A DNA stretch of 64,000 nt from a virus. The translations under genes were made by a program, and so were the position numbers. Under the pieces are notes generated by a model. The model made no database searches and was not told the DNA's origin. It was given only the letters and a program-made list of their open reading frames with translations. The stretch spans positions 32,001-96,000 of the IMG/VR virus record IMGVR_UViG_3300028840_004475. One strand, given 5' to 3'. Below, piece by piece: positions 46,289-55,487 of the stretch; position 1 is the stretch's first letter; the number at the start of each line of letters is the position of its first letter.

Positions 46289-47253
46289 TCACCTTCTGCG
46301 GCGGGGCGTTCGTTTTGGTGCGCGGGCGGGCTTGGAACCGGTTTTTATATTGCTGTTTTTATCTGTTTTCTGCTTGGCCCGTTCGTGCTCCTCCTTTTCG
46401 ATCGAACGTTGTTCCCCTACAACGGCTTGCCTCAACTGGAAGTAGAACTTCGTGTGGTTGAGGAGCCCTCCGTCAATCAATGGTGCGCTCATGTCTTCTG
46501 ACCACTGGATCAGGTCGACGAGCGTTACGAGTCCGCGTTCACTCAAGAATAGCGCAGTCGGACAGCTATAGAAAGAGTGCTTCCCGTCAACGAGGATCGG
46601 CTTTTCTTTCTCTTCCTCAACCGGCTCTTCTTTCTTAGGAGCTACCTTCTTATTTTTACTAAACTGAATCTTGTATTTATTTGTACTGGATTTCTTGACC
46701 GACTCTTCGACATCGGTCAGCTCCTCAGGAGGCAAGAAGGGACACCTCCGCTCCAGCTGGAGCTTCGGCTGCTCCATGCAGTGCTCACACGACCAGCTCT
46801 TCTGGCGGTGCTCTGGGTCGTTACCGGACGCGAGGAAGTGGCGGAACCTTACAATGTCCCGCGCCCTCGTTATTCCCCCTCTTCGGCCTCAGACTCGCCC
46901 TTGATGTGCTGGGCGATCTCCTTGCGGACGGCAGGCGGGATCTTGTTGATGTTGGACATCTTGTCCTCATCCTTTTCGCCTGCGTTGAACTCGACGGGCT
47001 CGCTGTCCTCGCCCACAAAGTTCTCCCACCCCTTGAGGCATCGCTTGAGCACCTCGTTCTGCTGCGTGCCGCTCTTGATCGTCTCCTTGCGGCCGGTGCC
47101 CATGCCCTTGACCTGGTAGACGTCGTCGGAGAGCTTCGCCTCGAAGTAGGCGTCGATGTAGGTGACCATGAACTTGGTCTGCTCCTCAGGCGGCAGCCCT
47201 TGGTCGCACTTTGGCACGAATGTGTGAGGTGTCTTGGTGTCGATTGCCTTCAT
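46289..47253 (-). CDS. Tail assembly chaperone G-T fusion (-1 programmed frameshift, ~321 aa)
   Basis: The -1 frame from GGGGGAA (46873-46879) is open (..GITRARDIVRFRHFLAS..CEHCMEQPK..) and continuous with ORF 46289-46777. Confidence 0.75.
46870..47253 (-). CDS. Tail assembly chaperone G (127 aa)
   Basis: MKAIDTK..LKRCLKGWENF..IPPAVRKEIA..EEGE. AGGAG RBS before ATG 47253. Lies between tube and tape measure. Confidence 0.8.
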   Translation of the reverse strand: MKAIDTKTPHTFVPKCDQGLPPEEQTKFMVTYIDAYFEAKLSDDVYQVKGMGTGRKETIKSGTQQNEVLKRCLKGWENFVGEDSEPVEFNAGEKDEDKMSNINKIPPAVRKEIAQHIKGESEAEEGE

Positions 47254-47317
47254 GATGATCTCCTGTTCTGTTTTGTTAGATGCGTACCGGAGGCCCTCCA
47301 CCAGTACGTTGCGGCCG

Positions 47318-47346
47318 ATTATATGAGCGTGTTTGCGGAGTTTCAA
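47318..47346 (-). promoter_or_regulatory. Sigma70-type promoter upstream of the chaperone/tape measure genes
   Basis: TTGAAA-17 nt-TATAAT on the minus strand, in a 325-bp intergenic gap. Confidence 0.7.
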
Positions 47347-47521
47347 CCCCAGCTTGTATATGTATCCGCCCCCATGGCCCTGTAGGCGGCGGACAAGCCA
47401 AAAACAGCCTACCCACAACCTATCGTATACCCACATCCACGCCAAACTTGGCAAGAAAAATACGAAGGCCCCCAGGAGCTTGATGCCTGAGACTTCAATT
47501 CGGTCACGCTGGTGCATGTAG

Positions 47522-47561
47522 AAGGAGCAGCCCGACCCCGCCCCGAAAGACGGGGCCGGAC
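47522..47561 (-). terminator. Hairpin after the tail tube gene (terminator or stabiliser)
   Basis: GTCCGGCCCCGTCT-TTCG-GGGCGGGGTCGGGC, followed by a weak pyrimidine tract. Confidence 0.55.
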
Positions 47562-47578
47562 CAACTCAGGGGTGGGTT

Positions 47579-49519
47579 CTAGATGGTGGCAACCGTGTTC
47601 ACGAGGATCACGACCACCTCGTTCATCGAATTCTCCTGATCGACAAGAGCCGTGAAGTTCATGTCGTGAGTGATCTGGTCCGGGCCGCCGATCTGAGGCG
47701 TGGTGCCCGTGAACTCGATGTTGGGGAAGAGGACGTGCTTCTGACGGTAGACGTCGTTGCCGGCGCCGTTGATCACCTCACCTTCGTCCACCGAACGGAA
47801 CTCGAGGTAGGCCGAGGTCGCGTTGATGTACTTGTGGTACAGGATCTCATCGTCGAACTCGACGTTCAGGACGCCTTCGACAGTCCTCAACTGCTCGGGG
47901 AGGCCGGCGCGGAACCGGTCACCCAACTGGAACTTGTCCGCGAACAGGTTGTTGTTCAGGGTCCAGCTGCCAGACAGCACTTCCTGGGCCACGCCATCGA
48001 GGTAGACGGCTGCCTGGAAGGAGCTGAGCGGGTCGGTGGTCGGCGGGTCAGCTGGGTCGTCCCAGTGGCCCTGCACCGCGACGGGCTCACCGGCCGCATG
48101 GTCGGAGTCGCTCGCCCAGTTGGTGATGTTCTTGAGCTTGGCCGTACCAGCGGTGATCGAGACCTCAGTGCCGTCGTAGGCGATCTCGTTCTCACTGCCG
48201 ACCTGCACTTCACCGACCTTGTTGAAGCCGATGATGCCGGGGCCGAGATACAGACGCTGGCCGATGGGGCCTGTACCTGCCGTGTAGGCCGAGACACGTG
48301 CGCGGACCCAATAGGCAGCCTGCGCATTGACCGTGGTCGATGCCCAATCGCTCGGAAGGTCGAAACTGTTGACGTAGGTGCCAGCAGCCTCGTCCAGGTC
48401 AACAGTCTCCTGGTTGTTGAACAGGAGAGTCGACCAGGCCGTACCATCCCAGTACTCCCAGGTGATCGTCCAGTTGGCCGTCACCGCGGCAGTGCTGATG
48501 ATGATCTCAATGGCCGGGAACACATCGTCTGCACCGAAGTAGTAGGCGTCATCGACCGCCGGGGTAACCGGAAGCAGTGTGACGTCGTCTGCGGTGTTGT
48601 TGTTGGCGGCGGTGGTCTCGTCTGTGAAGACGGCACCGTCGTCCGCGAACGCGTAGCCGATGTTCTGGCTCGCGCTGTAGTAGTCCAGGGTGTAGTTGGT
48701 GAGGTCCAACTCGGTCGTGGCCGACGTGGCCGCGCTGAGAAGGTCCGCACCGCTGTACTCCCCGCGACCGATCCAGCTGAAGGTCGCCTGGAGGATCTCC
48801 TGCGCGGTGTAGGTCTCCTCGAGGGTGTTGCACTTGCATCCGCCGTAGATGAAGTACGCCAGGTCGCGGCCGACCTCGAAGGTCATGCCGGTCGGCAGCG
48901 TGGGGCCGGACTCGATGTAGTGCGAGTAGACGCCGGTCCAGTCAGTCGCGTTCGACTGGATGATCCAGGCGCCCTGGTTGATGGAGACTCCGGGGTCGCC
49001 ACCGGTGAGGGTGAAGGTGGTTTCGCCAGCGGCGAAGGCTGCCGTGTAGGCCAGACCCGTCACTGCCTGCAGGTCATCGCTGGAGTCCTTGTAGACGACA
49101 GCGATGGTGTAGTTGGCGCCGCCGGTCTCGAAGACGCCCGTGACGTCCCCTGTGACCACCAGCTCGTGGGGACCAGCGCCTCCTGTCGTGTAGGCCGTGT
49201 TCACCTGAGCCCGGATACCACCGTCGGCCGCCGTGAGCGTCACATAGTCACCCAGGGCGTGCTTGTACCACGTCCCGTAGCCCTCTGTGTTTTGCTCGAT
49301 GGCGACATCGCCGGTGATGTTCGAGGTGCCGGGCACGCGCTTGGACGTACCGCGGCTTGGGTTCAGGGCCTCGGACAGCAGGTTGCCGATCTCGTTGTTG
49401 AACGACTCCGTCTTGAAGTCGACACGAAAATTCGGGGGGATTGGCTGACCCCAGTCGCGTTCCTCGCCATAGGCGAAGACACCGCGGGCGCCAATCGCAA
49501 TCTGTCCCGTGGTACCCAT
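47579..49519 (-). CDS. Major tail tube protein with inserted decoration domains (646 aa)
   Basis: AYGEERDWG..ESF..ITGDV..HALG, TFEVG..YGGCKCNTL, LNNNL..RTVEGVLNVEF..FPNIEF. Directly upstream of the chaperones. Confidence 0.85.
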   Translation of the reverse strand: MGTTGQIAIGARGVFAYGEERDWGQPIPPNFRVDFKTESFNNEIGNLLSEALNPSRGTSKRVPGTSNITGDVAIEQNTEGYGTWYKHALGDYVTLTAADGGIRAQVNTAYTTGGAGPHELVVTGDVTGVFETGGANYTIAVVYKDSSDDLQAVTGLAYTAAFAAGETTFTLTGGDPGVSINQGAWIIQSNATDWTGVYSHYIESGPTLPTGMTFEVGRDLAYFIYGGCKCNTLEETYTAQEILQATFSWIGRGEYSGADLLSAATSATTELDLTNYTLDYYSASQNIGYAFADDGAVFTDETTAANNNTADDVTLLPVTPAVDDAYYFGADDVFPAIEIIISTAAVTANWTITWEYWDGTAWSTLLFNNQETVDLDEAAGTYVNSFDLPSDWASTTVNAQAAYWVRARVSAYTAGTGPIGQRLYLGPGIIGFNKVGEVQVGSENEIAYDGTEVSITAGTAKLKNITNWASDSDHAAGEPVAVQGHWDDPADPPTTDPLSSFQAAVYLDGVAQEVLSGSWTLNNNLFADKFQLGDRFRAGLPEQLRTVEGVLNVEFDDEILYHKYINATSAYLEFRSVDEGEVINGAGNDVYRQKHVLFPNIEFTGTTPQIGGPDQITHDMNFTALVDQENSMNEVVVILVNTVATI

Positions 49520-49546
49520 GTATGCGTCTCCTCTGCTCGGGGGCGG

Positions 49547-50059
49547 TTAGTCGCCCCGTTGCTCTTGGATCAGAACGGGGACGTTGTAACGAACACGTCC
49601 CCCTGCGTAGACACCGTTCAATCGAGTGCGGTTAAGCACCTCACTCGACACGATCCTGGCGCCTTTCGAACTGAGCCCGTTCACGAACGAATTGCGCCGA
49701 AGAATCCTGCCAAGCTCCCAGAGAGCGCTTCTTATCTCTTTTTCTCGTAGCTCTTCATTGATTTGCTGGTGATAGTAGTAGATCTCAATGCCTATTTGCA
49801 ACTCGTAGGTAACATTTTTCTTGCCTATCGTGTGGATCTCCTCTTCGTGGTCTACGAAGTCCACACAGATGCACGGAGTCTCAGGAACTATAAGCAAATC
49901 AGCAGGATAGACCTCGTGTACCCTCTTGATCCAGGTCAGATACTGACCAGGGTCGGTCACCTGCATGCGCTTGATGATCTCGACGATGTTGGCGACAGCG
50001 TCATCGAAGTAGTCGCCCGTCTTGATTAGGTATTGTGTCGGTCTGTCCTGGATTGGCAT
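49547..50059 (-). CDS. Putative tail terminator/completion protein
   Basis: Position before the tube gene, size 170 aa, PCICVD and ILRRN pattern. Confidence 0.6.
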   Translation of the reverse strand: MPIQDRPTQYLIKTGDYFDDAVANIVEIIKRMQVTDPGQYLTWIKRVHEVYPADLLIVPETPCICVDFVDHEEEIHTIGKKNVTYELQIGIEIYYYHQQINEELREKEIRSALWELGRILRRNSFVNGLSSKGARIVSSEVLNRTRLNGVYAGGRVRYNVPVLIQEQRGD

Positions 50060-50062
50060 CGT

Positions 50063-50695
50063 CTACTTGCCTTTGCTCTGCACCTTGGCAGCCGCTAGCA
50101 CAAACAGCTCGTCAGCGATGTTCTCGAGCTTACCGAAAAGTGCCTTTTGTTGCCAAACGAATATCCTCATGACGCCTATCGAACCGCCACTGCGCTCCAT
50201 GAGCTTCTCATCGACGATGTTCGGATAGAGGTCGCGAAGCCCAGAAACGTCTGCATTGATGGACAGGTCGGCATAGTCTTTGCCGCGTACGATGGTGTCG
50301 CTCTGGCCGCCATGGATGGCATCGAACAGGACCGATTCCATGGTCCCGGTTGCATACCAGTTGCTGTCGTTCACCACGCTGAACATCTGCTCTGAACCAG
50401 TGAGTCGAAACATCCATTCTCTACTGAAGCCGTTGGCCACGAGGATGTGTTCCATCTCTGCTTGGTCTGTGACGCCAAGAAGCTCAGACTTGACTCGAGA
50501 CCAGTGTTCAGCGACCGGCACCTTCTCGAAGAAGCCCATCATGTGCTCGAGATAATCAGCAATCAGATTTCGATTCCTGGCCCAGAACAGCTTTGACAGG
50601 TCACCAACGACGTTGTTGCCGAATACCTCCAGCGTGTCAGCCATCTGGCTGACCTTGCGTACGAATTCATTGAAGTTGGTGTCAACTTGGTACAT
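50063..50695 (-). CDS. Putative neck/tail completion protein
   Basis: Position, plus TGTM..YP motif reminiscent of HK97 gp10-like proteins. Confidence 0.45.
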   Translation of the reverse strand: MYQVDTNFNEFVRKVSQMADTLEVFGNNVVGDLSKLFWARNRNLIADYLEHMMGFFEKVPVAEHWSRVKSELLGVTDQAEMEHILVANGFSREWMFRLTGSEQMFSVVNDSNWYATGTMESVLFDAIHGGQSDTIVRGKDYADLSINADVSGLRDLYPNIVDEKLMERSGGSIGVMRIFVWQQKALFGKLENIADELFVLAAAKVQSKGK

Positions 50696-51885
50696 CAGGT
50701 GTCGTAGCTGTAGGCGCCTTCATTGAAGCGCAGCCAGTCGTAGTCCAGGAGACCATCGTAGTTCATCTGGCTGCGGTCGTAGAACTGGTTGACGTCCGGG
50801 AGCCGGAGCCCAACACCAACACCGTAGACGCCAGCGGCATCGAAGATCGGTTTGACGCCACTCCAACGCGGTCCCCTCGAGAGGGCCTGTCCAGTCTCGG
50901 TGTCGTAGAACTCGTTCTGCTTCTTGATCCAGGCGTTCAGGTACCTGATGGCCTGCTTCGGCCACGTGGAGAGGTCGTTGTCGCGCTTGAGGCCTGTGGT
51001 GATGTCGTTGATGTTGTTCGGCAGCCCTGGGATGGTCTGCTCATTGTGCACTGTCGTGTAGATGAAGAACGCCGCGAATCGTGCACACGCCTGCCGGACT
51101 GCCTTCGGCACCGTGTCCCGGTCGAACCTCAGCTCAGTGTCCTTCTGCTCGAGGTACCCGATGTTCTCCTCGATGATGATGTCGACCAGGACTTCAGCAT
51201 CCTGAATGAACGCGATGGCGTCATCAGTCGACATGTGGCTCTCTGTCTGAAATCCAATCTTGTCGCCTGCAGCAGCCGTCCCGGACCAATCGTCACTGTT
51301 GATGTAGATACTGCTGTCAATGGCAGCGAAATCAGAAGAAACGGTTCCCGTTCCAACGGTTCTGTTCTCCTGGCTGTCCTTCTCCTGGACGGTGACTTCG
51401 AAGTCGGTGTCGCTGCTGAACTCGATGATGAAGCGCTCGATGCCGGCGTAGCTTGGACCGATTGAGACAGCAGCTAGAGCTGCATCGCCGGTGTTCGTCT
51501 GACCTCTAGGGACGCCCAGGTTCTTGTAGGAATCCGAGAAGCGGATCCTCTTGCTCTTGTCGCCGCGTCCGATGATGCGCTGAACGTGGTCGAGGGTGCA
51601 GTAGGTGGCGTTCGGCGTGTAGCCCTGGACAGGTGCAAAGAACTCGCTGAACAGAGTCTCTGCACTGTTCGAGTAGCGCCACTTGTACCAATAGTGAACG
51701 GCTCCGCTGTTGTCGTCGAAGTCGTAGTTGTAGGTCGCCGTGACCAGAAGAGGCCTTGTCGCTCTCGTGCTGATCTTGGTGTAGGTGCCCCACTTTGTCT
51801 CTGCCCGCCACACTTCGATGTAGCAGAAGTCCTCCATGACCTCGTCTGGGTTCGAGACTGGAATGGTGATTCTGACGAGTGCCAT
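50695..51885 (-). CDS. Putative head-tail adaptor with extra domains
   Basis: YCTLDHV..FIQDAEVLVD..VPKAVRQACARFAA (gp6/gp15-like) with N-terminal FN3-like and internal beta insertions. Confidence 0.65.
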   Translation of the reverse strand: MALVRITIPVSNPDEVMEDFCYIEVWRAETKWGTYTKISTRATRPLLVTATYNYDFDDNSGAVHYWYKWRYSNSAETLFSEFFAPVQGYTPNATYCTLDHVQRIIGRGDKSKRIRFSDSYKNLGVPRGQTNTGDAALAAVSIGPSYAGIERFIIEFSSDTDFEVTVQEKDSQENRTVGTGTVSSDFAAIDSSIYINSDDWSGTAAAGDKIGFQTESHMSTDDAIAFIQDAEVLVDIIIEENIGYLEQKDTELRFDRDTVPKAVRQACARFAAFFIYTTVHNEQTIPGLPNNINDITTGLKRDNDLSTWPKQAIRYLNAWIKKQNEFYDTETGQALSRGPRWSGVKPIFDAAGVYGVGVGLRLPDVNQFYDRSQMNYDGLLDYDWLRFNEGAYSYDT

Positions 51886-51887
51886 GG

Positions 51888-52712
51888 CTACCTCCGCTCT
51901 CCGTTGCCAGGCTCAGGCGGCTCCCACGTCCAGCCGTTCTTGAGCTTCTTCTCGACTGCCTCGTACCCGACCGTGTAGAGCCGGTTGACCATGCTCTTGT
52001 CAAGTTTCAGAAAGTCGAGGCCAGAGATCGGTGACTCGATGACGACGATCTTGGCCTTCTGCCAGATGGCCCTGCTGACGTGCGAGCGCTCACCGGCCCT
52101 CATCATGGCATCGACATGGTTCAAGGAGTACGAGCCCCACCACTTCCATGGCTTCGGGTCGTGCTTCTGTCCAAGGACACGGACACCAACTGCGTGAGAC
52201 TTTGGCAGATCCACTGGGAAGTTGTGGACGATTCCGCCATCTGTCAGGCGTCTGCCGTCAATCTCCACATGGTGAAACATCCATGGAATTGACGTTGATG
52301 CCTGTGTGGCCGGTGCCAATTTGACGTCTGGGGTCTTCTGAGAGGAGAACTGGATTTCCTCCTCGGTGTCGGAATCTGTTGCGATGATGGTCAGTGGGGT
52401 CTCCGTATCGCCGAAGGTGAGTGCCACATTTGGCTGGAGAGCTTCCTGCATCTTGTCGAGGGTGAAGAGACCGGGGACGACAGGCCATACGAGGCTTGGC
52501 CTGATGATGTCGATCGGTAGGGTCTCCTTGGCGATCTTGAGCGCTTCCTTCGGCTCCCACCCACTGGCGAGCATGGACATGTCCATGGCACTGCCAGACA
52601 CGCCAGTCCAGCTGTCAAATACGGCACCTTCATCCATCATGCATTGGAACGCGCCTAGAATGATAGGGTAATTGGCACCTGTCCCGCTGCCAACTCCGTT
52701 CAAGTTTTTCAT
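51888..52712 (-). CDS. Patatin-like phospholipase
   Basis: SGTGAN Gly-rich block, GVSGS nucleophile elbow, ASTSIP, DGG. Start at ATG 52712. Confidence 0.85.
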   Translation of the reverse strand: MKNLNGVGSGTGANYPIILGAFQCMMDEGAVFDSWTGVSGSAMDMSMLASGWEPKEALKIAKETLPIDIIRPSLVWPVVPGLFTLDKMQEALQPNVALTFGDTETPLTIIATDSDTEEEIQFSSQKTPDVKLAPATQASTSIPWMFHHVEIDGRRLTDGGIVHNFPVDLPKSHAVGVRVLGQKHDPKPWKWWGSYSLNHVDAMMRAGERSHVSRAIWQKAKIVVIESPISGLDFLKLDKSMVNRLYTVGYEAVEKKLKNGWTWEPPEPGNGERR

Positions 52713-52716
52713 CGTC

Positions 52717-52968
52717 CTAGTCTCCGTTGAGTTCCTCGCGCAGCCCGCGCAAGGTCTCAACACTCTCCTCCAATTCATCGTAGATACGCTTGTCCTGCAT
52801 GTCCCTGCTGCGTATCTCCTGGACAGTCTCGTAGGGGAACAGCTTGGCGAACCTCTCGTTGTGGTCGTGTCTCAGCCACTCTGTTTCGCCGTTGCCATCA
52901 CTCTCCCTGCGAAGACGGTCGATCTTCTTCCTACTTCTGAGGCCAAAAATGCTGGAGAGCAGACCCAT
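52717..52968 (-). CDS. Hypothetical protein (83 aa)
   Basis: Abuts both neighbours. Amphipathic N-terminus. Confidence 0.6.
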   Translation of the reverse strand: MGLLSSIFGLRSRKKIDRLRRESDGNGETEWLRHDHNERFAKLFPYETVQEIRSRDMQDKRIYDELEESVETLRGLREELNGD

Positions 52969-53226
52969 CTAACCATCTCCCGATTTGCGCTCATCCCGCG
53001 CATACAGTTTCTTGGTTAGGTCTTCGGCAAGAGTTTTCAACTCCATTGACAGTTCAACGTACTTACTGATCTGCCTTTCTGATTTCAGTCTGTCCCTTTC
53101 GATGTATGTCATGAGTTGTTTGTACAACCGATGTATCACGAACAGGGAGAGCACGAAGAGTGCTGCTAACACAGCACATCCCGACGTCGATCCCTGTTTG
53201 AGTATCTCGATGAACAATCCTTCCAT
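52969..53226 (-). CDS. Small membrane protein, holin-like
   Basis: One TM helix followed by a coiled coil (BhlA/UviB-like layout). Confidence 0.5.
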   Translation of the reverse strand: MEGLFIEILKQGSTSGCAVLAALFVLSLFVIHRLYKQLMTYIERDRLKSERQISKYVELSMELKTLAEDLTKKLYARDERKSGDG

Positions 53227-53259
53227 CTCTCTTACCTACTCTCAGGAGTGGGGGCATAG

Positions 53260-53838
53260 TCATTTCGACGGCTGCTCCGCTGGCTTCACGTTGAACTTCG
53301 TCAGGAGTCTGGTCATGTTCTCATTTTGGATCTTCTGGTCCTCTTGAATCTCCTTGACGCTGTCCTTGATTTCTCCGACGTCCTCCTTGATGTGCTTCTC
53401 TTCCTTCTCCACTGCTTCTATTTTTGAACCCAGTTCCTGAGAGACCATCTGGGTCTTAGCTTCTGATTCGGCCTTCACTTCGACGATCTTGTTCTTCAGC
53501 TCAAGCTGCTTTAGAATCAGCTCGTCGTCGACTGACTTCTGTTCGAGTTGTGTCCTCTCGAAGTCATCTTCGTCAACGTACTTGAGCGAGAGGATGTACA
53601 GTGCTGCACCGAATAGAATGGCCAACACACTGAGGATTGCGCCAACACCCTTCCAGGTGTTGAAAAAGCTCTGCATACCATTTGGTGTGCGCGGCTCTGC
53701 AGCTGCAGGAGACTGGACCTCAGCTATCACTTCCTTCAGAGTCTGCGCGAACATCTCCTGAGTGATGTGCTGCTGTTGCTGACGAGACCGATTGTTGCCT
53801 CTGCGTCTGCGTCTACGCCTATTTGAAGTCTGGCTCAT
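53260..53838 (-). CDS. Membrane protein with Arg-rich N-terminus and coiled coil
   Basis: RRRRRRR, TM GAILSVLAILFGAALYIL, long coiled coil. Confidence 0.65.
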   Translation of the reverse strand: MSQTSNRRRRRRRGNNRSRQQQQHITQEMFAQTLKEVIAEVQSPAAAEPRTPNGMQSFFNTWKGVGAILSVLAILFGAALYILSLKYVDEDDFERTQLEQKSVDDELILKQLELKNKIVEVKAESEAKTQMVSQELGSKIEAVEKEEKHIKEDVGEIKDSVKEIQEDQKIQNENMTRLLTKFNVKPAEQPSK

Positions 53839-54005
53839 TTTCTTTTCAGCTTGCCTCTATGTTCTTCTGGAATATTCGCCGATTTACCACGACGAATTCT
53901 ATCCCTGGAAGCCTCCATCATCTTGTTGATCTCGCCGACGTGAGCGTCGAGGTCCACCACGTTCTCATTCTTCTGCTTGCCGTTGACGTAGACTTTGCGC
54001 GGCAT
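53835..54005 (-). CDS. Small hypothetical protein (56 aa)
   Basis: MPRKVYVNGK.. starts just after the upstream TGA and overlaps the next ATG (ATGA). Confidence 0.5.
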   Translation of the reverse strand: MPRKVYVNGKQKNENVVDLDAHVGEINKMMEASRDRIRRGKSANIPEEHRGKLKRK

Positions 54006-54006
54006 G

Positions 54007-54477
54007 TCAGTCCCTGTACAGCTTGTAGGCCGGATAGATGGTTGGCGCCTCTGTCGCGTGCGTCGACTCCCAGACCATGCGCAGGTACAAACCAGCAGGG
54101 ATCTGGAAAGCACTATCGAAGAAGTAGCCAATGTCGCTGCGGCCCGTGGGAACGTAGACGGTCTCTCCGAACTTCTGGATCCGCAGGACATCGACACCCA
54201 CGGTCAGACCGTAGAGCGCGAACAGGCCCAGGACGTCGTCCTTATCCACGACCGAGAACTCGCCGTAGTCACCGTCCTGGTTGTCGACGATGATGGCGTG
54301 TACTCCTTGCAGGGCCACGCTGAATGGCAAAAGCCAATCGAAGACGTTGGTCGAGTCGGCCACGCACTCGAAGCGATGGCCCTTGATCAGACCGCTCTGG
54401 TCGACGTACACGAAGCTGGGAGCGATGATCTCTTTGCCGTCTGGTGTCTTTGGGTGCTGCCTCAGATCAACGGTCAT
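54007..54477 (-). CDS. Putative virion beta-rich protein
   Basis: Jelly-roll-like sequence in the structural cluster, coupled to its neighbour. Confidence 0.6.
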   Translation of the reverse strand: MTVDLRQHPKTPDGKEIIAPSFVYVDQSGLIKGHRFECVADSTNVFDWLLPFSVALQGVHAIIVDNQDGDYGEFSVVDKDDVLGLFALYGLTVGVDVLRIQKFGETVYVPTGRSDIGYFFDSAFQIPAGLYLRMVWESTHATEAPTIYPAYKLYRD

Positions 54478-55484
54478 GCCTCAACCTCCTCGACGCCGTA
54501 GTGGACGTAGGCCCTCATGTTCGAGAGGCTGGACAGGTCGTCGCGGACGATGAACTGCAGCACGTGGCGGTCGGTGACCTTGATGCTGGTGAGTCCGGGC
54601 TTGACCATGAAGCCCACGACCATGACGTCGTCGGCGAAAATGACGTCATCTTGGGGATGGAAGTAGCCGAAGAGGCCCATGTTGTCCTTGACCACGAACC
54701 TCCAGAGCATGTCCTCAGCGTCCTTGTCCCGGTGCCTGAGCACGAGTCCCTGGCCCAGGCCTCCGGAGATGCCGCCGAAGGCGTCCGAGGCCCAGCCGTC
54801 GGACGGGGCGCCGACGAGCAGGACGATCATGGACACGTGGTAGACGGTGTTGGCGTCGGGGGCCTCGAACTCGAAGCGGTAGGGACCACTACCGTCGGCG
54901 GCCACCAGTTCGATGTCGTCGAGCCAGTAGCGCTGGCCGGCGGTGTTGCGCGACTCCAGCCTCAGCTTCTGCACGTCGGCGTCGAGGTTGAAGTCGTCGA
55001 TGGGGATGTTGATCTGCTGCCACTCATCCAGGTCCATGTTCTCGGCGTAGTCGTCCAGGCGCAGGGCGTCGCCGACGGCGTTGTTTCCCGAATCGAACCA
55101 CTTGAGCTTGGGCCGCGAGCCGTTGGGGAAGGCCTTGGGTTGGACCCAGAACCTGATCTCGCTGTAGCCACCGGCGACGTCGACCTCGGAACCGTGGTCC
55201 CAGAACACGTCGTCGTTCTCGGCCATGACACCCGTGTCCCAGCCGTTGGTGCCCGAGTGCATCGAGCCGGCGGTCTCCGAGCCCGTGCCCGAAACCGTCC
55301 AGTCGCCGCCGCTGTCACCGGCACCCGTGCCGTTCCAGAACACCTCGGTGGTACCACTGGCGCGACCGTCGATGTTCATCTGCTCGCTGGCGTTGTCATG
55401 GCGCTTGAAGGCGTCGCGGCCCAGGGTCCAGTCGCTGCCGCCGACGTAGGTGGTCCTGTCGTCACTGAGTTTGGGCAGAGGCAT
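54474..55484 (-). CDS. Putative virion protein with CBM-like insertion
   Basis: IRFWV..WQQINIPIDDF..YWLDDIEL (CBM-like). C-domain paralogous to 55488-56426. Confidence 0.65.
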   Translation of the reverse strand: MPLPKLSDDRTTYVGGSDWTLGRDAFKRHDNASEQMNIDGRASGTTEVFWNGTGAGDSGGDWTVSGTGSETAGSMHSGTNGWDTGVMAENDDVFWDHGSEVDVAGGYSEIRFWVQPKAFPNGSRPKLKWFDSGNNAVGDALRLDDYAENMDLDEWQQINIPIDDFNLDADVQKLRLESRNTAGQRYWLDDIELVAADGSGPYRFEFEAPDANTVYHVSMIVLLVGAPSDGWASDAFGGISGGLGQGLVLRHRDKDAEDMLWRFVVKDNMGLFGYFHPQDDVIFADDVMVVGFMVKPGLTSIKVTDRHVLQFIVRDDLSSLSNMRAYVHYGVEEVEA

Positions 55485-55487
55485 CGG

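Noticed and set aside
47254-47517. 88-aa N-terminal extension of the tail chaperone (ORF start 47517)
   Set aside because: The RBS sits before ATG 47253, and the extension spans a promoter and hairpins.
47666-49750. 694-aa plus-strand ORF
   Set aside because: Antisense shadow of the high-GC3 tail tube gene, with no motifs.
50938-50947. CAGGTACCTG palindrome as another operator copy
   Set aside because: Outer bases differ from TAGGTACCTA and the context is ordinary GC-rich coding sequence, so it is likely chance.
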